Virus record (IMG/VR): IMGVR_UViG_3300032215_000092
Span: 1-55,778 of that record
Reading direction: 5' to 3' (one strand)
DNA: 55,778 nt
From: a virus
Lineage: Duplodnaviria > Caudoviricetes
The notes under the pieces are model-generated. The model was not told where the DNA came from, ran no database searches, and worked only from the letters and a program-made list of their open reading frames with translations. The number at the start of each line of letters is the position of its first letter. Position 1 is the first letter of the stretch. A program made the translations under genes and the position numbers. Shown here piece by piece: positions 1 through 9,223 of this stretch.

Positions 1-95
1 CTGGCCGCTGGCTGGCCGCTGGCTGGCCGCTGGCTGGCCGCTGGCTGGCCGCTGGCTGGCCGCTGGCTGGCCGCTGGCTGGCCGCTGGCTGGCCG
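1..95. repeat. 11-bp tandem repeat (CTGGCCGCTGG)n, about 8.6 perfect copies, truncated by the window edge
   Basis: Read directly: 8 full units at 1-88 plus CTGGCCG; the unit length is not a multiple of 3. Confidence 0.97.
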
Positions 96-109
96 TAAAA
101 GTTTTACGG
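93..109. promoter_or_regulatory. Palindromic site CCGTAAAAGTTTTACGG (copy 1 of the dispersed motif)
   Basis: Perfect 8+1+8 inverted repeat; the same core recurs at 50154, 52980 and 55094. Confidence 0.6.
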
Positions 110-206
110 GGTTGGCGCACCCCACCATACCCGGGGAGGCCCGGATAAGTTCCCCGCGAGCGCGACTCTCCTACTATACTAATTCGCTCATCCAATTCCA
201 TTTTTC

Positions 207-236
207 TTGACACTGCCCACCCACCCCCTCTAATAT
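207..236 (+). promoter_or_regulatory. Candidate sigma70 promoter for the packaging operon
   Basis: TTGACA (207-212), 18-bp spacer, TAATAT (231-236) upstream of terS. Confidence 0.45.
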
Positions 237-292
237 AGAAAAGGCCCCCCTATCATTTCCCCCCATATACCCCGGGGGGTACATATAAAATT

Positions 293-772
293 TTGAACAA
301 CTTCAACGAGATCTTCGCAAACGCCAAGTTGGCTTGCAGCGACGCGCCGCAAGAGAGTCTGTTCGAGCCGGGGTTTACGGCTGCGCCAGCTCAAGTTCCC
401 CAAGCCATGCCCACGCACGTCAGCAGTGGGCCACTGGGCCAGATCAACAACCTGCTAAATGCATACGATAAGCGAGTAGTAGACGATCCTGCCCAGATCC
501 GGTACTACGCAACCAACCGACTGCTAGAACTGACGGACGACCCGGACGTGAAGATTCGGATCAAGGCGTTGGAGTTGCTGGGCAAGGTTGCCGATGTCGG
601 GCTGTTTGCCGACCGCACCGAGATCACTATTAAAGATAAAACGACCCGAGATCTTGAGAAAGAGCTTGAGGCGTACTTTAGTAAGTATGTGCAGGAAGTG
701 GAGCCGGTTGAAGAGATTGAGGACGCTGTAATTAGCGAGCCGGAAGAGGAGGACGCCTTTGATGAACCTTGA
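293..772 (+). CDS. Terminase small subunit (putative); start uncertain
   Basis: Directly upstream of and overlapping terL; 'RIKALELLGK' motif typical of TerS; TTG start. Confidence 0.65.
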   Translation: MNNFNEIFANAKLACSDAPQESLFEPGFTAAPAQVPQAMPTHVSSGPLGQINNLLNAYDKRVVDDPAQIRYYATNRLLELTDDPDVKIRIKALELLGKVADVGLFADRTEITIKDKTTRDLEKELEAYFSKYVQEVEPVEEIEDAVISEPEEEDAFDEP

Positions 773-2276
773 CCCGGTTGCAATACAGGCAGCACTCACT
801 GCCATGCCGCCGGAGATTCGGGAGAAGGCAGCTTCCCTACTGCAAGAATTAAACCGTCGCCGCAAGGTAGAGGGTTGCAAGTCGGATTTTTTGTTGTTTG
901 TGGAAGAGATGTGGCCGGGGTTTATCCACGGCAAGCATCACAGGATCATGGCTGATGCGTTTGAGAAGGTAGCCGATGGCGAGATCAAACGCGTTATTAT
1001 CAACATGCCGCCACGGCACACAAAATCCGAATTTGCTTCCTTCCTATTACCCGCATGGTTTCTTGGTCGCTTCCCACAGAAAAAAGTCATTCAGACTTCC
1101 CATACATCGGAGCTAGCCACCGGCTTTGGCCGGAAGGTGCGAAACCTTGTTGACTCTGACTCTTACAAAACAATTTTCCCAGAAGTCTCCCTCCAAGCAG
1201 ACTCCAAGGCTGCTGGACGCTGGAGCACCAACAAGGGAGGCGACTACTTCGCTATCGGTGTGGGCGGTGCCGTCACCGGTAAGGGTGCCGACCTGCTTAT
1301 TATTGATGACCCCCATTCCGAGCAAGAAGCTGCCCTAGGTGAAACAAACCGTGAGGTCTACGACAGGGTGTACGAGTGGTACACGTCCGGGCCGCGCCAG
1401 CGTCTGCAACCGGGGGGCTCTATTATTATAGTGATGACGCGCTGGTCTAAGCGCGACCTCACGGCGCAAGTCATCAAGAGTTCGCTCACCCGTGGTGGTG
1501 AGGAGTGGGAGGTGATCGAGCTACCTGCCATCATGCCCTCGGGTAAACCCTTATGGCCTCAGTTCTGGTCTCTAAAAGAACTTCAGGCCCTTAAAGACGA
1601 GTTGCCGGTTCACAAGTGGGACGCGCAGTACATGCAGCAGCCCTCCGGTGCTGGTGGCTCTATTATTAAGAGGGAGTGGTGGCGAGAGTGGGAGAAAGAA
1701 GACCCACCAGATGTTGACTATATTATACAGTCGTGGGACTGCGCATTCTCAGCCAAGGAGCGAGCGGACTACTCCGCCTGCACCACGTGGGGCGTGTTTA
1801 ATAAAGAGAATGAGCACGGCGACAGGATGCCAAACCTCATCCTGCTGGACTCGTTCAAAGCGCGGATGGATTTCCCCGACCTGAAGAAAAAAGCGCTTGA
1901 GCTATATAAAGAGTACAACCCGGACACCTGCATCATCGAGGCAAAAGCCTCAGGCACTCCGTTAATTCAGGAGTTGCGCAGCATGGGCGTCATGCTTTCA
2001 GAGTATACTCCGTCAAGAGGTAATGATAAGATTTCGAGGGTGAACTCGGTAGCAGATTTATTTGCAAGTGGCGTAGTATGGGCACCGCAAACCCGGTTTG
2101 CTGAAGAAGTTATTGAGGAATTCGCATCTTTCCCCGCCGGAGAGAACGACGACTTGGTAGACTCCTGCACGCAAGCCCTGATGCGGTTCCGCCAAGGCGG
2201 ATTTATTCAATTACCGAGCGACGAGAAAGATGCTGAAGAGTATTTCAAGTCTCGCCGCCGCCTAGCGTACTACTAA
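759..2276 (+). CDS. terL: Terminase large subunit
   Basis: Walker A variant NMPPRHTKS, Walker B LLIIDDP, motif IIIVMTRW, nuclease domain SWDCA...DDLVD. Confidence 0.95.
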   Translation: MMNLDPVAIQAALTAMPPEIREKAASLLQELNRRRKVEGCKSDFLLFVEEMWPGFIHGKHHRIMADAFEKVADGEIKRVIINMPPRHTKSEFASFLLPAWFLGRFPQKKVIQTSHTSELATGFGRKVRNLVDSDSYKTIFPEVSLQADSKAAGRWSTNKGGDYFAIGVGGAVTGKGADLLIIDDPHSEQEAALGETNREVYDRVYEWYTSGPRQRLQPGGSIIIVMTRWSKRDLTAQVIKSSLTRGGEEWEVIELPAIMPSGKPLWPQFWSLKELQALKDELPVHKWDAQYMQQPSGAGGSIIKREWWREWEKEDPPDVDYIIQSWDCAFSAKERADYSACTTWGVFNKENEHGDRMPNLILLDSFKARMDFPDLKKKALELYKEYNPDTCIIEAKASGTPLIQELRSMGVMLSEYTPSRGNDKISRVNSVADLFASGVVWAPQTRFAEEVIEEFASFPAGENDDLVDSCTQALMRFRQGGFIQLPSDEKDAEEYFKSRRRLAYY

Positions 2277-2285
2277 AGGCTCAAA

Positions 2286-4664
2286 ATGGCTACAAATATT
2301 GAGAATACGACTGGTTTGGGGGCTGGACTAGCTGGAATTCAGGATGAAATGGGGGTAGATAACCTCGATTCTGTCGATTTTGAGCTGGAGTTGCCCGATT
2401 TGGCGGACGAAACCGACGCCGATGTCGAAATTTTGCTGGGCGAAGGCGAAATTGACACCGAAAACGAGGATTTTGACGCCAATTTGGCCGAAACCATGTC
2501 GGAAAGCGAGCTTACAGGTATCGCAGATGACATTGACGAACTAGTAACGGCAGACATTAATAGTCGCAAAGACTGGGCGGACACCTACGTGCGCGGTCTA
2601 GAAGTGCTGGGGCTTAAATATGAGCAGCGCACCGAGCCGTGGGATGGCGCTTGTGGCGTGTTCTCCACCGTGCTCACGGAAGCGGCTATTAGATTCCAAG
2701 CCGAGACGATCATGGAGACTTTTCCGGCTCAAGGGCCGGTAAAAACCCAGATTATTGGCGAGTTGGACGACATTAAGGAAGAAGCGGCGGATCGTGTCAG
2801 AGATGACATGAACTACCAACTGACCGAGAAAATGACGGAATATCGCTCAGAGCATGAGCGGATGCTGTTTAGCCTCGGGCTTGCCGGTGCTGCATTCAAG
2901 AAAGTTTATTTCGACCCGTCACTAGACCGCCAAGTATCGCTATACGTCTCGGCTGAAGATTTGATTATGCCGTATGGAGCGTCAAACCTCCAGACATCCG
3001 AGCGTGTTACGCACATGATGCGTAAAACCAAAAACGATATTCGCAAGCTGCAAGTCGCTGGGTTTTATCGGGATATTGAGCTTGGTGAACCTGTCAGCAT
3101 TGCAACTGATATTGAGAAAAAGAAAGCCGACGAGCAGGGCTATTCTATTACCGACGACGACCGGTATCAAACATGCGAAGTTCATATCGACTACGATCTG
3201 CCGGGATATGAGGATGAGGATGGGATCGCCCTGCCTTATATCATCACCTACGAGCGTGGGACTCAAAAAATCCTAGCTATTCGTCGCAACTGGAACCCAG
3301 ACGATGAAAAACGACTCAAGCGACAGCACTTCGTGCAGTACAACTACATTCCGGGGTTCGGAGTGTATGGCATGGGCCTTATTCATATTATTGGTGGATA
3401 TGCTCGTGCCGGTACTTCTCTTATTCGTCAGCTTGTCGACGCTGGTACTCTCGCTAATCTGCCGGGTGGTCTAAAGACCCGAGGACTGCGGATCAAAGGC
3501 GACGACACGCCCATCTCCCCCGGAGAGTTTAGGGACGTGGACATTCCTAGCGGAGCGTTGAAAGACAACGTGATGCCGCTGCCATACAAAGAACCTAGCC
3601 AAGTTTTGTCTGGTCTGCTGGACAAGATCACGGAGGAAGGTCGCAGGCTTGGTGCGATATCAGATATGAACATATCTGATATGAGCGCAAATGCGCCTGT
3701 CGGAACCACGCTGGCTCTGCTTGAGCGCACGCTTAAAACCATGTCTGCGGTGCAGGCACGGGTGCATTTCTCGATGAAGGAGGAGTTCAAGCTCCTCAAG
3801 AACATCATCCGGGACTATACGCCCCCGGAGTATAGCTACACGCCAGACTTCACGACGGATCGCAAGGTCAAGCAGTCTGACTATGACATGGTGGAGGTCA
3901 TACCGGTCAGCGACCCCAACAGCAGTACGATGGCACAGCGCATCATGCAGTATCAGGCGGTCATACAACTCGCCTCCCAAGCCCCGCAAATATATAACCT
4001 GCCAAACCTGCACCGGCAGATGATCGAGATCCTCGGTATTAAGAATGGTGAGGACTTGGTTCCGGTCGAGGACGACGAGAAACCTCGTGATCCGATCAGC
4101 GAGAATATGTCCGTGCTCAAGGGTAAGCCCGTGAAGGCGTTTATCTATCAGGATCACGACGCCCATATTGCAACGCACAATGCGTTCATGAACGACCCGA
4201 TGATCATGCAGCAGATGGGCCAGAACCCTCAGGCTCAGATGTTGATGGCATCCATGCAAGCACACATCGCTGAACACCTAGGGTTTGCGTACCGCAAACA
4301 GATCGAGGATCGGATGGGCGTGCATATGCCAGCGCCAGATGCCGAGATGCCCCCAGAAGTTGAGGTTCAGTTGTCACGCATGGTCGCTCAGGCCAGCCAG
4401 CAGCTACTTCAGATTCATCAAGGTCAGGCGGCTCAACAGCAAGCACAGCAGACAGCTCAAGATCCTCTGGTTCAGTTGCAGCAGCAAGAGTTGCAAATCA
4501 AGCAGCAAGACGTGCAACGCAAGATGCAGAAGGATCAGACTGACGCTCAAATTGCCACGGCTAAATTGCAGCTTGAGAAAGATCGGATTGGGGTCGATGC
4601 ACACATCCGAGCCGCGCAAGTTCAAGCACAGACTAACCGGCCACAACGGCCACAGGGGAGATAA
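2286..4664 (+). CDS. Portal protein (P22-like, with Q-rich C-terminal barrel)
   Basis: 792 aa right after terL; 'FKKVYFD', 'GLIHIIGG...LVDAGTLANLPGG' and a Q-rich coiled-coil tail. Confidence 0.88.
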   Translation: MATNIENTTGLGAGLAGIQDEMGVDNLDSVDFELELPDLADETDADVEILLGEGEIDTENEDFDANLAETMSESELTGIADDIDELVTADINSRKDWADTYVRGLEVLGLKYEQRTEPWDGACGVFSTVLTEAAIRFQAETIMETFPAQGPVKTQIIGELDDIKEEAADRVRDDMNYQLTEKMTEYRSEHERMLFSLGLAGAAFKKVYFDPSLDRQVSLYVSAEDLIMPYGASNLQTSERVTHMMRKTKNDIRKLQVAGFYRDIELGEPVSIATDIEKKKADEQGYSITDDDRYQTCEVHIDYDLPGYEDEDGIALPYIITYERGTQKILAIRRNWNPDDEKRLKRQHFVQYNYIPGFGVYGMGLIHIIGGYARAGTSLIRQLVDAGTLANLPGGLKTRGLRIKGDDTPISPGEFRDVDIPSGALKDNVMPLPYKEPSQVLSGLLDKITEEGRRLGAISDMNISDMSANAPVGTTLALLERTLKTMSAVQARVHFSMKEEFKLLKNIIRDYTPPEYSYTPDFTTDRKVKQSDYDMVEVIPVSDPNSSTMAQRIMQYQAVIQLASQAPQIYNLPNLHRQMIEILGIKNGEDLVPVEDDEKPRDPISENMSVLKGKPVKAFIYQDHDAHIATHNAFMNDPMIMQQMGQNPQAQMLMASMQAHIAEHLGFAYRKQIEDRMGVHMPAPDAEMPPEVEVQLSRMVAQASQQLLQIHQGQAAQQQAQQTAQDPLVQLQQQELQIKQQDVQRKMQKDQTDAQIATAKLQLEKDRIGVDAHIRAAQVQAQTNRPQRPQGR

Positions 4665-4862
4665 ATGGACGAACGAATGTTCCGTTACTTACAAGAACGC
4701 AACCAGAACAGGAGGGAGGCTATTACGGACTTCCTGACTTCTGGTGGCGCTAAAGACGCCGCAGAGTACCGCGAAGCGGTTGGAGTCATCAAAGGTCTAC
4801 TCCAAGCAAATCAAGACCTTGAGGAACTTTTTGATCGTATGAAGGAATTTGAGAATGAATGA
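4665..4862 (+). CDS. Small conserved head-module protein
   Basis: Abuts the portal stop; GGGGAG RBS; 'EYREAVGVIKGL' helix typical of the post-portal gene. Confidence 0.7.
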   Translation: MDERMFRYLQERNQNRREAITDFLTSGGAKDAAEYREAVGVIKGLLQANQDLEELFDRMKEFENE

Positions 4863-5244
4863 CGCCGTGGATCTCTCGCTGCTGCTAAATAAGACCGAAC
4901 AAGAGAAAGCTACCCAGCTACCAAAGCCCAAAGGCTATAGGATCCTTGTAACACTGCCTGACATTGACGAGGAATTTGAGAGCGGAATCATCAAACCCTC
5001 TCAGGTCGTGTATCACGAACAACTCCTCTCCAACGTGCTGTTTGTAGTTGAGCTAGGCGACATGGCGTACTCCGACACCGTTCGGTTTCCTACCGGCCCA
5101 TGGTGCAAGAAAGGCGACTTCATCATGTGCCGCGCCAACACGGGCACGCGGTTCAAGATCCATGGCCGTGAGTTCCGTCTAATTAATGACGACTCAATTG
5201 AGGCGGTTGTTGAAGATCCCCGTGGCATTGGCCGCGTGAACTAA
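4855..5244 (+). CDS. groES: Phage co-chaperonin GroES/Cpn10-like
   Basis: 'LPKPKGYRILV...SGII...VVELGDMAY...GD...G.EFRLINDDSIEAVV' matches the Cpn10 pattern. Confidence 0.85.
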   Translation: MNDAVDLSLLLNKTEQEKATQLPKPKGYRILVTLPDIDEEFESGIIKPSQVVYHEQLLSNVLFVVELGDMAYSDTVRFPTGPWCKKGDFIMCRANTGTRFKIHGREFRLINDDSIEAVVEDPRGIGRVN

Positions 5245-5254
5245 GGAGATATCC

Positions 5255-6220
5255 ATGGCTGATATGGAAAAAGACGACTTTAAGTTCCCCGATGAGGTGG
5301 AAGTTAACGCGAAAGACGGGAAAGAAGATAAGGTCGAATTTGAGATTGAAGATGACGAGCCGGTAAAACTGGAAGTTGTCGACGACACTCCCGTCGAGGA
5401 CCGTGGGCGCAAGCCGATGGAAGACGAGCCGGATGAAGTCACCGATGAAGAGCTATCCCGGTACAAAGACACGCGCTTGCGTGACCGCCTGTCTCATCTG
5501 AGCAAAGCCCGTCATGAGGAGCGGCGTCAGAAAGAGTCCGCGATGCGTGAGCGGGAAGAGGCTATTAATATAGCGCAGCGGATTCTGGCTGAAAACGAGC
5601 AGCTAAAGAACTCCATGGGGAATAACCACAAGGTTATTCTGGATCAGGCAAAGACGGTTGCAGAGCAGGAATTCGCGCAAGCAAAGGCGCAATTTAAATC
5701 TGCATACGAGTCCGGTGATGCGGATGCGCTAGTTGCTGCGCAAGAGGCATTCACTAATGCAAAGCTTAAATCCGACCGTATTGAAGCGGCAAGGCAAAAG
5801 TCTTTGCAAGAACGCGAAAATGTGGTACAAAGGGAACCACAGCCTCCAAGTCCTGCGAGGGAGGTGCCGGTAGATGATAAGGCTTTGCGGTGGAAAGATC
5901 GCAATAGCTGGTTCAACAAAGACCGGGAAATGACTGGCTTCGCTCTCGCAGTGCATGAGAGGCTGGTTGAAGAGGAAGGGGTTAATCCTCAGTCTGACGC
6001 ATATTACGAGCGTATCGACGCCCGGATGCGTGAGAAATTCCCCGAGAAGTTTAGTAGTCAGCCCAGACGGTCGAACGTAGTGGCCCCGGCAACACGCAGC
6101 ACCGCGCCAAAGAAAATCGTGCTGAAGTCGAGTCAGGTCAACTTGGCGAAGCGTCTCGGAATCCCCCTAGAACTTTACGCAAAGCAAGTTGCTTTGGAAA
6201 TGCGGAAGGAACGCGCCTAA
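5255..6220 (+). CDS. Capsid scaffolding protein (putative)
   Basis: Acidic N-terminus, long coiled coil, C-terminal 'LAKRLGIPLELYAK'; lies between portal and capsid; AGGAGA RBS. Confidence 0.7.
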   Translation: MADMEKDDFKFPDEVEVNAKDGKEDKVEFEIEDDEPVKLEVVDDTPVEDRGRKPMEDEPDEVTDEELSRYKDTRLRDRLSHLSKARHEERRQKESAMREREEAINIAQRILAENEQLKNSMGNNHKVILDQAKTVAEQEFAQAKAQFKSAYESGDADALVAAQEAFTNAKLKSDRIEAARQKSLQERENVVQREPQPPSPAREVPVDDKALRWKDRNSWFNKDREMTGFALAVHERLVEEEGVNPQSDAYYERIDARMREKFPEKFSSQPRRSNVVAPATRSTAPKKIVLKSSQVNLAKRLGIPLELYAKQVALEMRKERA

Positions 6221-6679
6221 ATGAAAGTAACCCAACAGAACCGTGAAGATCGTGACACTGAATCCCGCGTAATGGCGGAGCGTCCAACTCAGTGGGCACC
6301 GCCTACACTGCTTCCTGACCCAAAGCCGCAAGACGGCTGGGCCTATCGTTGGATTCGTATTTCAACCCTTGGGCAAAACGATCCGACCAACATTTCCGCA
6401 AAGCTACGCGAAGGCTGGGAGCCGGTGCGAGCAGAAGATCATCCCGAAGTTCACGTCTATGGTGACGACACAGGTCGCTATAAAGACAACATTGTGATTG
6501 GCGGGTTGATGCTCTGTAAGACACCTTCTGAGTTTGTTAAACAGCGGGATGCTTACTACCAGAAGCAGACCGATGGGCAGATGAATTCGATTGATAGTAA
6601 TTTCATGCGCGAGAACAATCCAAAGATGCCTCTTTTTAAAGAACGGCGGTCTGAGGTGACTTTTGGCAAAAGTAACTAA
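6221..6679 (+). CDS. Head-module hypothetical protein
   Basis: Tight operon packing; 'YRWIR...LREGWEPV' motif. Confidence 0.7.
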   Translation: MKVTQQNREDRDTESRVMAERPTQWAPPTLLPDPKPQDGWAYRWIRISTLGQNDPTNISAKLREGWEPVRAEDHPEVHVYGDDTGRYKDNIVIGGLMLCKTPSEFVKQRDAYYQKQTDGQMNSIDSNFMRENNPKMPLFKERRSEVTFGKSN

Positions 6680-6695
6680 TTTTTTGGAGCTTTAA

Positions 6696-7586
6696 ATGGC
6701 TTATCCTACGGTTGACGCCCCCTACGGGCTAAAGCCAATCAATTTGATTGGTGGTCAGGTGTTTGCGGGTTCTACTCGCAATCTCCCGATCCAGTATAGC
6801 TACGCGACGAACATTTTCTACGGTGACATCGTAGGTATCGTCCGTGGTTTTGCAACGCGCTTGGCTGTGACTGACGGCTCGACGAACCCATTGGGTGCGC
6901 CGGGTGCGGGCATGGTTGGTGTATTCCTTGGCTGTTCGTTCACTAACCCAGTGACCAAGCAGAAGACCTTCTCGCAATATTGGCCCGCAAACACGCTGGC
7001 TGGTGATGCAGTAGCAATCGTCTGTGATGACCCTGACACTATCTTCAAGGCTGTTGTTTGTTCCAGCGGAACCACGGTTGCTTCTGGAAGCTTTGCGATG
7101 GTTGGTAACAACTACGCAGCTATTAACAACGCCGGAAGCGCCAACACGGGTAACTCCGCTGTTGCACTGCAATACTCGTCCACAATTAGTGGTTCGAGCG
7201 CTGCCGCTTATCCGTTCCGTGTTGTTGGTGTGAACCCTGACACCGCAGTTCAACTTGGAACGGCAGTCTGGTCTTCTGGTACTACGACTCTAACGACCAC
7301 GGCTAACGTCGGTTTTGCAGTTCCTCAAGGTACTGACATCTCCTTCATCGCCGCAAACGGTCAGGTTATCCAATCTGGTTCGTTTGTTACTACAGCTATT
7401 GCAGCAAACGCTACGACTTCGGTTGTTTTGAATGCTCAGTACGGTGTGGTTGGGGCGGGCGGTACGGCTGCTACGGGAACTGCTGTTCCTGCTAACAGCA
7501 CCATCGTCTTTACTCAATACCCAGAAATGCTCGTCAAGCTGAACTTCAGCTCGCATGAGTATTACTACGCTCAGCCGAACTTCTAA
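6696..7586 (+). CDS. Capsid decoration/cement protein (putative)
   Basis: Beta-rich G/A/T/V protein immediately before the capsid gene; GGAG RBS. Confidence 0.55.
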   Translation: MAYPTVDAPYGLKPINLIGGQVFAGSTRNLPIQYSYATNIFYGDIVGIVRGFATRLAVTDGSTNPLGAPGAGMVGVFLGCSFTNPVTKQKTFSQYWPANTLAGDAVAIVCDDPDTIFKAVVCSSGTTVASGSFAMVGNNYAAINNAGSANTGNSAVALQYSSTISGSSAAAYPFRVVGVNPDTAVQLGTAVWSSGTTTLTTTANVGFAVPQGTDISFIAANGQVIQSGSFVTTAIAANATTSVVLNAQYGVVGAGGTAATGTAVPANSTIVFTQYPEMLVKLNFSSHEYYYAQPNF

Positions 7587-7599
7587 GGAGTAACTTAAC

Positions 7600-8511
7600 A
7601 TGGCAATTTCACGTGCCCAACTACTGAAGGAACTCCTTCCCGGGTTGAACGCTCTGTTTGGTCTTGAGTACGCTCGCTACGGCGAAGAGCACAAAGAGAT
7701 CTACGAGACCGAAACCTCTGAGCGTTCCTTCGAAGAAGAGACCAAGCTCTCTGGCTTCAGCGCAGCCCCCGTCAAAAACGAGGGTCAGGCAATTGCGTAC
7801 GACAATGCGCAAGAAGCATGGACGGCTCGCTACAACCACGAGACCATTGCGATGGGCTTCGCGGTGACGGAAGAGGCAATGGAGGACAACCTCTATGACT
7901 CCCTGTCTTCGCGTTATACCAAAGGTCTGGCCCGTGGTATGGCTTACACCAAACAGGTGAAAGGTGCGGCGATTCTGAACAACGGATTCTCGTCTAGCGT
8001 TACATACGGTGACGGTGTTTCCCTGTTTAGCACTGCACACCCACTGGTTTCGGGTGGTACTAACAGCAACCGTCCTTCGACGGGTGTTGACCTGAACGAG
8101 ACCTCGTTGGAAAGCGCTGTGATTCAGATCGCTGCGTGGACTGATGAACGTAGCCTGTTGATCGCCGCTAAGCCGCGCAAGCTGATCATTCCGCCTGCTC
8201 TGATGTTCGTTGCTACCCGTCTGTTGGAAACCAGCCTCCGTGTTGGTACTACTGACAACGATATCAACGCGCTGAAGAACAACGGTTCGATCCCTGAGGG
8301 TTACACCGTTAACCACTTCTTGACCGACACGAACGCATGGTTCCTGACCACGGATGTTCCAAACGGTCTGAAGCACTTCGTGCGTGTTCCATTGTCTACC
8401 TCGATGGACGGTGACTTCGACACGGGTAACGTGCGCTACAAAGCGCGTGAGCGTTATTCGTTCGGTGTGTCCGATCCGCTGGGTATCTTTGGATCGCCCG
8501 GTTCGACCTAA
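7600..8511 (+). CDS. Major capsid protein (HK97 fold, Mu gpT-like family)
   Basis: 303 aa, strong TAAGGAG RBS, 'DGVSLFSTAHP', 'PRKLIIPPAL', 'RYKARERYSFG'; followed by a terminator. Confidence 0.9.
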   Translation: MAISRAQLLKELLPGLNALFGLEYARYGEEHKEIYETETSERSFEEETKLSGFSAAPVKNEGQAIAYDNAQEAWTARYNHETIAMGFAVTEEAMEDNLYDSLSSRYTKGLARGMAYTKQVKGAAILNNGFSSSVTYGDGVSLFSTAHPLVSGGTNSNRPSTGVDLNETSLESAVIQIAAWTDERSLLIAAKPRKLIIPPALMFVATRLLETSLRVGTTDNDINALKNNGSIPEGYTVNHFLTDTNAWFLTTDVPNGLKHFVRVPLSTSMDGDFDTGNVRYKARERYSFGVSDPLGIFGSPGST

Positions 8512-8535
8512 TCAATCTGGCCTCTGGCCGATTGG

Positions 8536-8558
8536 GGGCCCCTTCGGGGGCCCTTTTT
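8536..8558 (+). terminator. Rho-independent terminator after the capsid gene
   Basis: GGGCCCC-TTCG-GGGGCCC-TTTTT. Confidence 0.9.
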
Positions 8559-8559
8559 A

Positions 8560-8588
8560 TTGCGCGTCTACAAAAACAGTGATATAAA
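8560..8588 (+). promoter_or_regulatory. Sigma70 promoter with extended -10
   Basis: TTGCGC (8560-8565), 17 bp, TATAAA (8583-8588) preceded by TGn. Confidence 0.6.
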
Positions 8589-8596
8589 GGTTCATA

Positions 8597-8666
8597 CCTA
8601 GACCACCCGACTTGCTGACTGACTAGGCAGACTTCCCTCAAGAGACAGCAAGTTTTGATTTGAGGA
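8597..8666 (+). ncRNA. Candidate structured 5' leader RNA (pseudoknotted, RBS-sequestering)
   Basis: Three complementary pairs: 8597-8601/8623-8627, 8610-8617/8646-8653, 8636-8641/8660-8665 (the last covers the GAGG RBS). Confidence 0.55.
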
Positions 8667-8673
8667 CTTTATT

Positions 8674-9186
8674 ATGGGTTTCGCTACTCACCTAGGCCCA
8701 TGGCTGCTTGGAACGGTCAAAGAGACCACCGGCACCACGGCAGGTACAATTCGCAATCTTGGCGCAACGATTGTTGCCCAGACTGTTACCGTCGCAATGT
8801 CTGGTAATGCGCTGACTTCTTCTCCAGTTGCTCAGTCGTTGTTTACCCTCCCGGCTGGCGCTAAAATTCTTAGCTTTCAGATTGAGAAGCTGGCAACGAT
8901 TTCCGGTAACTCGGTATCGGCTGTCAACACCACTATTGGTAATTCTGGCACTGCAAATGCGTACATGACCACAATTGACATTGGTCTAACGACGGCGCAG
9001 ACGGCCCCAACGACGATTGCCGCTGCTCTGGTTTCGTCAGCTACCAATAACATTGGTACGGTTGATATTCCGGTGTTTGCCACTTTCACAGCGGCTACGG
9101 GTAACCCAACGGCTGGCTCTGTGGTTATTACTTGTCAGTACCTTGTTCGTGGTACAGACGGCGTAATGTTCCCAGCATCTGTGTAA
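8674..9186 (+). CDS. Virion structural protein (capsid-associated, putative)
   Basis: T/A/G-rich beta protein after the capsid gene; 'LPAGAKI' motif; GAGGA RBS. Confidence 0.6.
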   Translation: MGFATHLGPWLLGTVKETTGTTAGTIRNLGATIVAQTVTVAMSGNALTSSPVAQSLFTLPAGAKILSFQIEKLATISGNSVSAVNTTIGNSGTANAYMTTIDIGLTTAQTAPTTIAAALVSSATNNIGTVDIPVFATFTAATGNPTAGSVVITCQYLVRGTDGVMFPASV

Positions 9187-9193
9187 ATTTGAC

Positions 9194-9209
9194 GGGGGCT
9201 TCGGCCCCC
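9194..9209 (+). promoter_or_regulatory. GC hairpin with UUCG loop and no U-tract (mRNA stability element or weak terminator)
   Basis: GGGGGC-TTCG-GCCCCC immediately before the AAGGAG RBS of the next gene. Confidence 0.55.
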
Positions 9210-9223
9210 AGTAAGGAGTCACC

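Noticed and set aside
1-95. Tandem repeat as a CRISPR array or Chi-site array
   Set aside because: There are no spacers; the unit contains GCTGG but not the E. coli Chi GCTGGTGG, and the host Chi is unknown
7621-8376. Long antisense ORFs such as 7621-8376, 3660-4277 and 48878-49537
   Set aside because: They are shadows of well-supported genes on the opposite strand with no RBS or motifs
8615-8650. Hammerhead ribozyme suggested by CTGACTGA
   Set aside because: It does not match CUGANGA spacing and there is no GAAA core; kept only as an unassigned structured RNA
8490-8676. Capsid read-through or frameshift into ORF 8674
   Set aside because: TAA stop with no slippery sequence, followed by a strong terminator and a separate promoter
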